From Ignavibacteria bacterium (lineage in GTDB: Bacteria > Bacteroidota > Ignavibacteria > Ignavibacteriales > SURF-24): a DNA stretch of 64,000 bases. Shown one piece after another: positions 46,339 through 54,488 of this stretch. How positions within the stretch are numbered: the stretch's first letter is position 1; each line of letters starts with the position of its first letter. The notes under the pieces are model-generated. The model was not told the origin of the DNA. It ran no database searches and was given only the letters and a program-made list of their open reading frames with translations. The translations under genes were made by a program, and so were the position numbers. The stretch is taken from positions 3,810 to 67,809 of the forward strand of contig JAAXKN010000023.1 of assembly GCA_025612375.1 (NCBI GenBank), written 5' to 3'.

Positions 46339-48648
46339 CTAAAATTCCACCGTTATTCCGAATGTTGGAATTACGTAAGAACCCTGCCTTTCTCCCTGTT
46401 TGGGATCGAGGACATAAGTTTCGTATTCGTAAATAAAAGGATTTTCACTGCCGTACAAATTGAGCACCTGAACATAAGGCTTGAAGAGGAACATTCCCCA
46501 GATGAACGAGCCGTTTATGCCAAGGTCCATGCGGTGAAAGTTCTTAAATCTAGCTGAATTTATTCTTCCTTTAATTTCACGCCAGTTGCTTTGAGTGTCA
46601 TCTTCTGATGGTCCGCCTACATATTTTCCTGCCGGAGGAGTATAAGGCAGTCCTGTGGCAAATGTAAAAAAGATACTGAAATGCCAGTGGTCGAAAAACC
46701 TGATGTTTGAAATGGCTTTTACGCTGTGTGTCCTGTCGAACTGTGAGAAATAAGCATACTTCTCGTTTCTTTTTACGGACCTGAGGAATGAATAGGCGAT
46801 CCATCCGCTGTGGAGAGGCGAATCGTGCTTTAAGAGCACATCCATTCCAAAGGAGTATCCGTCCTCATGCCTGTACCTGTCTTTAATTTCATCCTTGGGG
46901 TAGGAAGAAGGAATATTCTGCCTTATGCTATAATAGCCGTCCAGTTTAAGTTCCAAAGGCAGGGCGAGAATATTTTTCAGCAAAAAGCCTGCCGTAAGGT
47001 TGTCGGATACTCCTGTTTCATCACCGTTATCTGCAAGGAATAATGCTGAAAATGGCGAGAGAAGAGCTTCATTTCTTTGTTCTTTTAATGAATACAGATA
47101 CTGGACATGTCTTCCATAGGAGAGATTTCCCGTCAGGTTATTCTGCAGAATGCTCTCCAGGCTTATATATGGAAGGAAATAGAATTTTTTGACATTTTCG
47201 TCAATTGTGCTCCTGAATCCGGCGGTGAGTGTGTTCTTCTTGTCCAGTTTAACTTTGTCCGAAGCATAGAAATTATAGAACAGGTCGTTCCTGGAATATG
47301 AGAAGGGGTTCTGGGAATAATCATAAAAGACTTCTTCAAGAGGCCGGATAAAGAAGCCTCCTAAATCGGTAGTATCAATATTCCAGTTGTAGGAAATATT
47401 AAGTTTTTTCATTTCATAGCCGAACCGTAATTCCCGGTTTTTATCGATGCTGTAAAATTCAGCTTTGAAAGTATAATCCTTAATAAAATTATTAACCTTG
47501 CATGTATCCAAAGGATGAAGCGGAATTTCAGTCTCTGTCATTGCCTCAAGCCCCAGGTTTGATTGTGATGAATAGGCTGTCAGGTCAACTCCTGAGTTAG
47601 AGGAGAAAGAATGGCTGTAACTAAAAGAAAGAGAGGAATTCCCCCATTGGGGATCCTTTGTTTTCCGGGCAATCAGGTGTGTTTTCTCCGGGGTTACTAC
47701 GTATGTATCGCCTGAATAGAGCAGGCTGATTGATAAGTTATCCTTTTTGAATGGAACTGAATACCTGATGTAAGCGTCGTCGAAAGAGTACGGGAACTCG
47801 AACTTCAGCATTTTGCCTATCAGGTCGAGATAGGTCCTCCTGTATGATAATATGACGGAGCCGCCAAGAAGAGGGCCATATAGAGAGGCCTTGGAAGATG
47901 CCAGTCCTAAGGAAATATTACCTCTAAAACGTTCCTGGCCTCCCTGTTTAGACCTTAAATCTAGGAGGCCTGAAAGTCCGCCGTTCAAACTGACCGGATA
48001 ATTTGACAGGTAAAGATTCTCGGATTTCAGTATGTCGCTGTTAAAAACGCTGAACACACCTGCAAGGTGGTACGGGTTATAAAGAGGTACGCCGTCAATT
48101 GTTATGGTAGTCTCGTCGTAATTACCTCCTCTTATGGATAACTGCGATGAAAAATCGGTAGTTGTGGTTACTCCCGGCAATGCCAGAAAACCTTTTAATG
48201 CGTCAACCTCGCCGAACTGTGGAATTTTCGTCAGTTCACCGGGCTGGAGGTTTATGACATTTCCGGCATCCTGTTCACGAAAACCGGTTACAGTAACAGA
48301 ATCCAGAATGATTGCCTGCTGGATCATTCTGGGGAAAAGTTCTTCGTTCTCATCCTCGTCAACATCCACGCTGATTATTAATTCTTTATATCCCAAAGCC
48401 TTAAACATCAGAGTATGGGTCCCGGGAGGGAGGCTAAAGCTGAAATAGCCTTTGGATCCTGAGGCGGCAAGCAGGGTGCCGTCACTTATAATGGATATGC
48501 CCTCAAGTCTTTCATTGGATTTGTCATCCACAACAATTCCATCCACTGAGGCTCTTTTTAATTGCGCATAAGAGGATGCACAAACGGGAATGAACAGCAA
48601 TATGGCAATCAGCTGAATAACTGAAGCCCTTTTGAGAGAATGTTCCAT
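46339..48648 (-). CDS. TonB-dependent receptor with N-terminal CarboxypepD_reg-like domain, copy A
   Basis: The 769-aa protein has a signal peptide and DGIVVDDKSNERLEGISI (carboxypeptidase-regulatory-like domain). Its plug contains LPGVTTTTDFSSQLSIRGGNYDETTITIDGVPLYNPYH. The long barrel ends TFGITVEF. Confidence 0.85.
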   Translation of the reverse strand: MEHSLKRASVIQLIAILLFIPVCASSYAQLKRASVDGIVVDDKSNERLEGISIISDGTLLAASGSKGYFSFSLPPGTHTLMFKALGYKELIISVDVDEDENEELFPRMIQQAIILDSVTVTGFREQDAGNVINLQPGELTKIPQFGEVDALKGFLALPGVTTTTDFSSQLSIRGGNYDETTITIDGVPLYNPYHLAGVFSVFNSDILKSENLYLSNYPVSLNGGLSGLLDLRSKQGGQERFRGNISLGLASSKASLYGPLLGGSVILSYRRTYLDLIGKMLKFEFPYSFDDAYIRYSVPFKKDNLSISLLYSGDTYVVTPEKTHLIARKTKDPQWGNSSLSFSYSHSFSSNSGVDLTAYSSQSNLGLEAMTETEIPLHPLDTCKVNNFIKDYTFKAEFYSIDKNRELRFGYEMKKLNISYNWNIDTTDLGGFFIRPLEEVFYDYSQNPFSYSRNDLFYNFYASDKVKLDKKNTLTAGFRSTIDENVKKFYFLPYISLESILQNNLTGNLSYGRHVQYLYSLKEQRNEALLSPFSALFLADNGDETGVSDNLTAGFLLKNILALPLELKLDGYYSIRQNIPSSYPKDEIKDRYRHEDGYSFGMDVLLKHDSPLHSGWIAYSFLRSVKRNEKYAYFSQFDRTHSVKAISNIRFFDHWHFSIFFTFATGLPYTPPAGKYVGGPSEDDTQSNWREIKGRINSARFKNFHRMDLGINGSFIWGMFLFKPYVQVLNLYGSENPFIYEYETYVLDPKQGERQGSYVIPTFGITVEF

Positions 48649-49045
48649 TTTGAGCTTTATTTTATTAACAAAAACATCTCATTGTTCTCTATTGGGTGAT
48701 TTTTACTCACAGAACAAATAGTTGCATCACGGGTATAATTTCCAGCCTGGTCAATAAACTTTTCACATTGTTTGTCGTAAAACTGCGACAATGAAAATGT
48801 ATTATTTAGAATGAAAAATTATATAAAAGACTTCGAGTGAACGAATTAAGCGGAAGTTGAAAAATAAATATCACCAGACAACAATGATTCTCAAACTTAA
48901 GATATTAATCTTCACAAAATGGTCAGATACAGATCCTTAACCTACAAGATTTCTGCTATTAAAATCAACAAAAAATATAAAGCGGGAATAATTTCCCAAA
49001 ATGCTTCATAACATATGTGAAACTGCTGCTTCCAAGAAAATTCTG

Positions 49046-49083
49046 CCCGGTGGTGGAGATTCTTCCACGGGGTTTCGTTCTTC
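49046..49083. other. Terminator-like GC-rich hairpin in the divergent TBDR spacer
   Basis: CCC pairs with GGG and GTGGA with TCCAC around the loop gattct, with a 4-nt bulge (49046-49072). On the + strand it is followed by TTTCGTTCTTC, and on the - strand by AATTTTCTT. No annotated gene ends here. Confidence 0.3.
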
Positions 49084-49160
49084 GGGAGAGGACTTTGTAA
49101 CTGCGTCAATTTAAAGGCTCTTATTGCTTTGGACGGGTACACGGAATCTCCCAAATCCTA

Positions 49161-49298
49161 CGCGCCGCGGTCAGCCGCGCCATGTTTTTGAATACGTGGG
49201 TCAAATGTGAAAATACCAACACCCCACAATTGAGGATCTAATCTCATTAAAATTATTTGTTATGGAATGGGAACATGGCGCAACTGGCCGCAGCGCAG
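49161..49298. repeat. Imperfect inverted repeat (19/24) flanking an 89-bp AT-rich segment
   Basis: The left arm is 49161-49184 (CGCGCCGCGGTCAGCCGCGCCATG) and the right arm is 49274-49298 (CATGGCGCAACTGGCCGCAGCGCAG). The reverse complement of the left arm matches the right arm at 19 of 24 positions, and all five mismatches are G/A transitions. These arms are the most GC-rich short tracts I noticed in an otherwise AT-rich spacer. Confidence 0.6.
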
Positions 49299-49488
49299 AA
49301 ATTATTGGGCTCCTTCATGCTGTAAAAAAGATTCGAAGTTATATTGTAACTGTAAAATAAATTGCATTATATTTGGCAGCACAATGTTATTTTATCCTTT
49401 AGTTGTTTTCAGGTTCCGTTCTTGAGTAAGAGATGTTTTAGTTCCCTGTTAAATTCACGCTATCAACTAATATCTTCTATCGAGGAAA

Positions 49489-51801
49489 ATGAAAAAACTT
49501 GCCTGCACGCTGATCTTTATACTCCTATCCTGCCATTTATTTGCACAGGATGAAACGCACCCCTTTACAATCAGAGGCTTAATTTATGACGAGAAGACAA
49601 ACGAGAGGCTTGAAGGAGCTGTGGTCTCTTCAGGAGATAATGCCTCAGCCATGTCGGATAAGACGGGATTCTTCCAGTTAAGACTGGACAGGAAGGCTGA
49701 AAAGCTTAAGGTTAAACTTGTGGGCTATGAGGAGAAGAATCTTGTAATTGATTTTGATGATGAGAGTGAAGTTAAGCTTATAATAAGGCTTACTCCTGAA
49801 CCCATTTTACTGCAAGGCGTTACAGTCACAGGTGAACACTTCACTGAAGAACCCGTCGTAAACTCCTACAGCATACATCCGGGAGACTTATCCAAGGTCC
49901 CTCAGTTCATTGAGGCCGATGCATTCAGAGCCTTCCAGGCTTTGCCCGGTGTAACTACAGCAGCAGACATGTCATCCCAGATCTCTGTCAGAGGTGGCAA
50001 CTATGACGAGACACTCGTATTCTTAGATGGCATTCCCGTTTACAATCCCTACCATTTAGTCGGTGTTTTCAGCATGTTCAACAGTGACATACTGCAAAAC
50101 GAAAGGCTGTACATGTCAAACTACCCCGTCTCATATGGAGGGGCACTCTCATCAGTGCTGGAATTGAACTCAAAACAGGGGAACAATGAGAGAATTAAGG
50201 GCAGTGCCGCCCTTGGGCTTGCATCGGCAAAAATAGCCCTCGACGGTCCCCTCTGGGGAGGAAATTTCCTTATATCAGGAAGAAGGACTTATTTTGATTT
50301 TTTGACCCGTATGATTATGGGTATCCGCTTCCCATACTACTTCTATGACCTTTATTCAAAGTATGTTTATCCCCTAAGTAAAAATAACCTTCTTACCGTA
50401 AGCGCATTTTACTCGAGAGATGCCCTTGGCCTTGATGACGATAAGGTTTTTGTCGCTCAAAAGGAAATCCCGAACTGGGGCAATCTGTTCCTTAATTTCT
50501 CGGACGAGTATTTCTTAAAAGAAAAAAGCTCGGTTGAGCTAAAGGCTTTTATGAGCAGGGCTTCTTTGGGAGTAAATACTCAGGTATTCTTTACTGATTA
50601 TTATCACCAGATGGGCACGACAGATACAACAACAGTCAACAACTACATTGAAGATTTTACGGCCAGGCTAACATTTAACTCCCATCCCGATGGTCAGGCA
50701 CTCGCAGTGGGTCTGGAGGCAAAGCGCGAGGCTATACATTACGACTGGAATATAGACGAGACAGACTTAAACGGCATGTATATTCATCCATTAGAAAGTC
50801 TGTTCTTTGACTTTGCCCCGAGCCAGTACAGCTACAGCGGGGATGAATTCTACTTAAATGCATTTGTAACGGATAAAGTTACAATAAGCCCTGTAAGCGA
50901 ACTAACGGCAGGCTTAAGGGGGAGCTACATCAAGAATCTGAAGACGTTTCTTCTTCTTCCCTCTTTTTCTTTTAGCTACAATTTTTTACCGAATCTGCAG
51001 GTGCATTTAAGCTATGGGAGATATTTCCAGAATACATATTCTCTGAAAGAGCGGAAAACTGAGGCGGTATTTACCCCCTTTATGGCAACCTTCTTTCCGG
51101 AAGACAAAGAAAACATTCCTTATTCGGACCACTACGCTTCGGGATTGGTGCTGTCGGATATCTTCTCTGAGAAAACAAGCCTGGAGGTGGAGGGCTATTT
51201 TAAGGATAGAAACAATCTTGCAACAACCTACGGACCGGATGAGGAGCTAAAGTATGAAAAAGGCTATGCCGCAGGTTTGGACGTTCTCCTTAAAAAAGAG
51301 GAAGGAGACTTAACAGGATGGCTTGGGTATTCATTCCTGCATTCGGTTAAGAAAGATGAGGTCTACTACTATTATGCTCCTTTGGACAGGACGCATAACG
51401 TGAAGATACTTATGAACTACGCCCTTTCCAACTCCTGGCAGCTGAATGCGTTCTGGACATTCTCCACGGGCCTGCCGTACACTGTACCTATCGGGAAATA
51501 CATAGGACCTCCCGATGATGGTTCCGGCTTTGTTTATTACCAGGAGCCGCACAGCCTGAGATTGATTGAAGGCAGGAGGAACTCCGAAAGATTCAAGGAA
51601 TATCACAGGCTGGACTTAGGCATTTCGGGTTCGTTTATGTGGGGAAGCATTCTCTACAAACCGTACCTTCAGGTAATGAATGTTTACAACAGCCCAAATC
51701 CATATAATTTTGAGCCTTCTGCATGGCAGGTAACACCCCAGGAAGGACAGGAAAGGGGCTCCACCATTTTCCCCGTAATTGGAATAACAGCAGAGTTTTA
51801 A
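49489..51801 (+). CDS. TonB-dependent receptor with N-terminal CarboxypepD_reg-like domain, copy B
   Basis: The 770-aa protein has a GAGGAAA SD upstream. Its architecture matches copy A (RGLIYDEKTNERLEGAVV; LPGVTTAADMSSQISVRGGNYDETLVFLDGIPVYNPYH). It ends VIGITAEF. Confidence 0.85.
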   Translation: MKKLACTLIFILLSCHLFAQDETHPFTIRGLIYDEKTNERLEGAVVSSGDNASAMSDKTGFFQLRLDRKAEKLKVKLVGYEEKNLVIDFDDESEVKLIIRLTPEPILLQGVTVTGEHFTEEPVVNSYSIHPGDLSKVPQFIEADAFRAFQALPGVTTAADMSSQISVRGGNYDETLVFLDGIPVYNPYHLVGVFSMFNSDILQNERLYMSNYPVSYGGALSSVLELNSKQGNNERIKGSAALGLASAKIALDGPLWGGNFLISGRRTYFDFLTRMIMGIRFPYYFYDLYSKYVYPLSKNNLLTVSAFYSRDALGLDDDKVFVAQKEIPNWGNLFLNFSDEYFLKEKSSVELKAFMSRASLGVNTQVFFTDYYHQMGTTDTTTVNNYIEDFTARLTFNSHPDGQALAVGLEAKREAIHYDWNIDETDLNGMYIHPLESLFFDFAPSQYSYSGDEFYLNAFVTDKVTISPVSELTAGLRGSYIKNLKTFLLLPSFSFSYNFLPNLQVHLSYGRYFQNTYSLKERKTEAVFTPFMATFFPEDKENIPYSDHYASGLVLSDIFSEKTSLEVEGYFKDRNNLATTYGPDEELKYEKGYAAGLDVLLKKEEGDLTGWLGYSFLHSVKKDEVYYYYAPLDRTHNVKILMNYALSNSWQLNAFWTFSTGLPYTVPIGKYIGPPDDGSGFVYYQEPHSLRLIEGRRNSERFKEYHRLDLGISGSFMWGSILYKPYLQVMNVYNSPNPYNFEPSAWQVTPQEGQERGSTIFPVIGITAEF

Positions 51802-51802
51802 G

Positions 51803-52630
51803 ATGAAGAAAAATATCATTTCCATTATGGCATCGTTGCTTCTTATAATTGCTTCCGGATGTGAAGACCTGAATAATCCGGGAGAGATTAAAATTAAGAA
51901 CAGCCTTTTCTTTAACCTGCAGGTAAATAGTCCTCAGCAGCACGTATATATTTACAGGGATACTGATATTTCAGGAAGAACGGAATATAATGCCGCTGAT
52001 CCACTTATTAACTTTTTTGAGAAAAATTCCGAAGTTTCTCTGAAAGATGAAATAAGTAACAATTATATATACTTTAAGCTTGTGACAGATACCGTAAAAG
52101 ATTCTTATCTTTTAAATCCTTACAAACCATATTATACCAATATCGCGGCTTTTGAGGCTAAACCCTTGGCAGATTATTATCTGTCTGTCAATGCAGACGG
52201 GAACATAATTACTGGAAAGGTAACTACTCCCGGAGATTTTACCATCACATCACCCCGGAAAGGAGATATAATAAGAGGTCACCTTAACCTGGAAAAGCTT
52301 GTCTTCAGGTGGAGTGGCAGTAAGAATGCAAAAGGATATATTGTAAAAGTATATGTTAAAGATAAATATTATGATATGCCTATTGAGAATTTTTATATGA
52401 GTGATTGGGCCGGATATAAAACCACAGATACATCACTGGCTTTTCAATCTAACATGTACTACAGCCAAGCTGTCGCTTCCGGTGAATGTGTTATTAGAAT
52501 AATAGCTTATGATGATAATTATTATCAGCATTATTTCAGCAAGAAAGAGACAGTGGGCTTAAGCGGCGCCTATGGATGTTTCTCCTCTTCGGTTGTAAAG
52601 GAAGTAAGATTTAATTATGTAAGCGATTAG
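51803..52630 (+). CDS. DUF4249-family lipoprotein, copy B
   Basis: The 275-aa protein has the lipobox IIASGC followed by EDLNNPG. It also has GYIVKVYV, YDDNYYQHY and GLSGAYGCFSSSVVK motifs. Its ATG follows the receptor stop by 1 nt. Confidence 0.75.
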   Translation: MKKNIISIMASLLLIIASGCEDLNNPGEIKIKNSLFFNLQVNSPQQHVYIYRDTDISGRTEYNAADPLINFFEKNSEVSLKDEISNNYIYFKLVTDTVKDSYLLNPYKPYYTNIAAFEAKPLADYYLSVNADGNIITGKVTTPGDFTITSPRKGDIIRGHLNLEKLVFRWSGSKNAKGYIVKVYVKDKYYDMPIENFYMSDWAGYKTTDTSLAFQSNMYYSQAVASGECVIRIIAYDDNYYQHYFSKKETVGLSGAYGCFSSSVVKEVRFNYVSD

Positions 52631-52652
52631 TTTTATGATAGCCCCCCGGGAA

Positions 52653-52979
52653 CTATAGCGCCTGCTTTATTACAAAACTGTACTTGTCGGGAACCGGGAT
52701 TTTCATGCCCTTGAAAAACCTCCCGAAGGCGATGTTCATCCACTCCCTGGAGGCTTTAAGCTTGTGGATTACTATAAAGTAACGCGACTCTTCTTCCAGT
52801 ATCTCATACTCCATTATGTTTATGCTCAGCGGCGCGGTTTCTCCTTTTAAGTCCAGAGTAAGCTTCATAGCCTTATTCCTGGAGTCTATGGAAAGCCCGG
52901 ATACTTTCCCCATATCCTCAAAGAGCGTGTTAACAACTTTTTCTGCCCCCTTTGAAACCAGCTTGTCTTTTATACCCAT
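52653..52979 (-). CDS. Hypothetical small protein
   Basis: The 108-aa ORF starts 28 nt downstream of the SDR gene on the same strand. It has no signal peptide and no motif I recognise. Confidence 0.45.
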   Translation of the reverse strand: MGIKDKLVSKGAEKVVNTLFEDMGKVSGLSIDSRNKAMKLTLDLKGETAPLSINIMEYEILEEESRYFIVIHKLKASREWMNIAFGRFFKGMKIPVPDKYSFVIKQAL

Positions 52980-53007
52980 ATCGCATTTTAATGGTTTTTT
53001 TCTGAAA

Positions 53008-53748
53008 TTAACTGCTCATGTACATCCCCCCGTTGGGGTTTATCGTCTGCCCTGTAACGTATCCGTTAAACATCAGCATAAGTACAATGGACGCCGTTTC
53101 ATCCACCGTGCCGTAACGCCCCACAGGTATAAAGTCGGGCTTTGCTTTCAGATCTTCCTTTACCATGTCGGTCTCAATTAAAGCCGGGGCAATTGCGTTA
53201 ACCGTTATGCCGTCTTTTACAAGATGCCTTGCGTAGAAATGCGTAAGCCCTATCATTCCTGCCTTTGAAGCTGCATAATGTGGCCCCACTAACCCTCCTG
53301 TCTGTGCCGCTACGGAAGAAATATTTACAATTCTTCCCCACCCTTTTTTCTGCATCCCTGCGGCTAATGCCTGCGTTAAAAGAAATGCACTCTTGAGGTT
53401 AACGTCCAGCATCCTGTCCCAGTCACCTTCTGTTATATCCTCGGGCGGAATCTTCTGCGCTATGCCGGCATTATTAATCAGTATATCAACCGTTCCGAAA
53501 TCATTAAGCACTTTCTTTATCATTTCATTTATGGAGGCTGAATGGGACATGTCCGCCCTGTAGACTTCAGAACGCCTGCCCATTTCCCTGATCTGATGAG
53601 CTGCTTTTTCAGCTTCTTCTTTGCGGGAATTGTAATGGATGGCTACATCTGCCCCTGCCTCTGCAAGCCTGAGGGCAATTTCTTTACCAATGCCCCGGCT
53701 GCTTCCTGTTACAAGGGCTGTTTTACCTTTAAGATCATTCAACTTCAA
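53008..53748 (-). CDS. Short-chain dehydrogenase/reductase, 3-oxoacyl-ACP reductase (FabG)-like
   Basis: The 246-aa protein has TGSSRGIGKEIA (TGxxxGxG) and NNAG motifs. It also has S...YAASK (catalytic YxxxK) and a PG-like region. The start codon is TTG. Confidence 0.85.
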   Translation of the reverse strand: MKLNDLKGKTALVTGSSRGIGKEIALRLAEAGADVAIHYNSRKEEAEKAAHQIREMGRRSEVYRADMSHSASINEMIKKVLNDFGTVDILINNAGIAQKIPPEDITEGDWDRMLDVNLKSAFLLTQALAAGMQKKGWGRIVNISSVAAQTGGLVGPHYAASKAGMIGLTHFYARHLVKDGITVNAIAPALIETDMVKEDLKAKPDFIPVGRYGTVDETASIVLMLMFNGYVTGQTINPNGGMYMSS

Positions 53749-53769
53749 TAGATACCATACCTGAAATCA

Positions 53770-53799
53770 GGCCCTGGAAATTCCGCGATCTCCAGGGCC
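53770..53799 (-). terminator. Hairpin downstream of the OMP gene (possible terminator)
   Basis: GGCCCTGGA and TCCAGGGCC form a 9-bp stem with a 12-nt loop, 25 nt after the stop at 53824. The U-tract is weak. Confidence 0.45.
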
Positions 53800-53823
53800 G
53801 TGGTTAACTGAATTTACTTAATC

Positions 53824-54393
53824 CTACTTATTATGGAATCCGAAGAGGAGTCCTACAGTAATGACATAAAATTTACTGTTGAGATCCCCGGTGCTTGCTT
53901 GCGTGGCCAGCTGCCCGAAATCATAATTCAGGAATATATAACGTATATCTCCTGTAAGCCATGCAGCTTCTCCCAGAGGCACTTCAACTCCTGCTCCCAG
54001 ATGCCAGCCGAAATTCTGCTGCGTGTTGTTGGCAAGATTTTTCAGCGTGAGCTGCTGATTATAATCGAAGGTTGTGTTGTACCAGCCAACACCAATTGCT
54101 CCATAAACTACCGGAATGGGATAGATAAGCCCTGTAACCATTACTGGCCAGCTCCTGACTGTAAGTCCGCCGTTAGCGTATTTTTCCTGCCTGTAGTTTA
54201 CCGAACCTTCTATTCCTATTGCGGGTGAAAGCTTGAGCCTCAATGCGGCGCCATACATAAGTGAACCGTTATCGGCACTGCTTGACTTTTGCCATCCTAT
54301 CTGAGGTCCTATACCTATTCCCTGAGCCTTTATCTGTGGGGCAACGAATATTATCATAATTAAAGCTATGAGAGCCACATATTTCCTAACCAT
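53824..54393 (-). CDS. Small outer-membrane beta-barrel protein (porin-family/OmpW-like)
   Basis: I moved the start to ATG 54393 (MVRKYVALIALIMIIFVAPQIKAQG), which is preceded by GAGGAGG. The body has Gly/aromatic alternating strands and ends GLLFGFHNK. Confidence 0.65.
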   Translation of the reverse strand: MVRKYVALIALIMIIFVAPQIKAQGIGIGPQIGWQKSSSADNGSLMYGAALRLKLSPAIGIEGSVNYRQEKYANGGLTVRSWPVMVTGLIYPIPVVYGAIGVGWYNTTFDYNQQLTLKNLANNTQQNFGWHLGAGVEVPLGEAAWLTGDIRYIFLNYDFGQLATQASTGDLNSKFYVITVGLLFGFHNK

Positions 54394-54488
54394 TATATCC
54401 TCCTCATTAATTCTACCTTCATACAACAAAAGAGGTCTACTTTTACATAGTACCATCATTATACATTAACGATCTTTGGATATACTAA

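Noticed and set aside
49262-49310. Possible cobalamin riboswitch upstream of the 49489 TonB receptor. GGGAAC-atGGCGCAACTGG-ccGCAGCGCAG superficially resembles the GGGAA..GGUG.aAAuCC..GC.GC core of the btuB leader.
   Set aside because: The expected local pairing (CCAG...CUGG-type P4 hairpin) is not formed. I find no B12-box-like GCCACUG / AGYCMGG.GACCKGCC element downstream. TPP-riboswitch hallmarks (CUGAGA, ACCUGAUCUGGAUAAUGCCAGCG) are also absent. The question is unresolved without a covariance-model scan, so I do not call it.
48942-49553. ORF-track entries in the receptor spacer: 48942-49154 (-, 70 aa) and 49362-49553 (+, 63 aa). Several 16-37-codon mini-ORFs were also considered as a hidden small regulator.
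   Set aside because: The 70-aa ORF starts at a TTG without an SD and reads through the GC hairpin. The 63-aa ORF overlaps the real receptor start out of frame. None has an SD or a recognisable motif. I kept them only as a remark under the structured-element finding.
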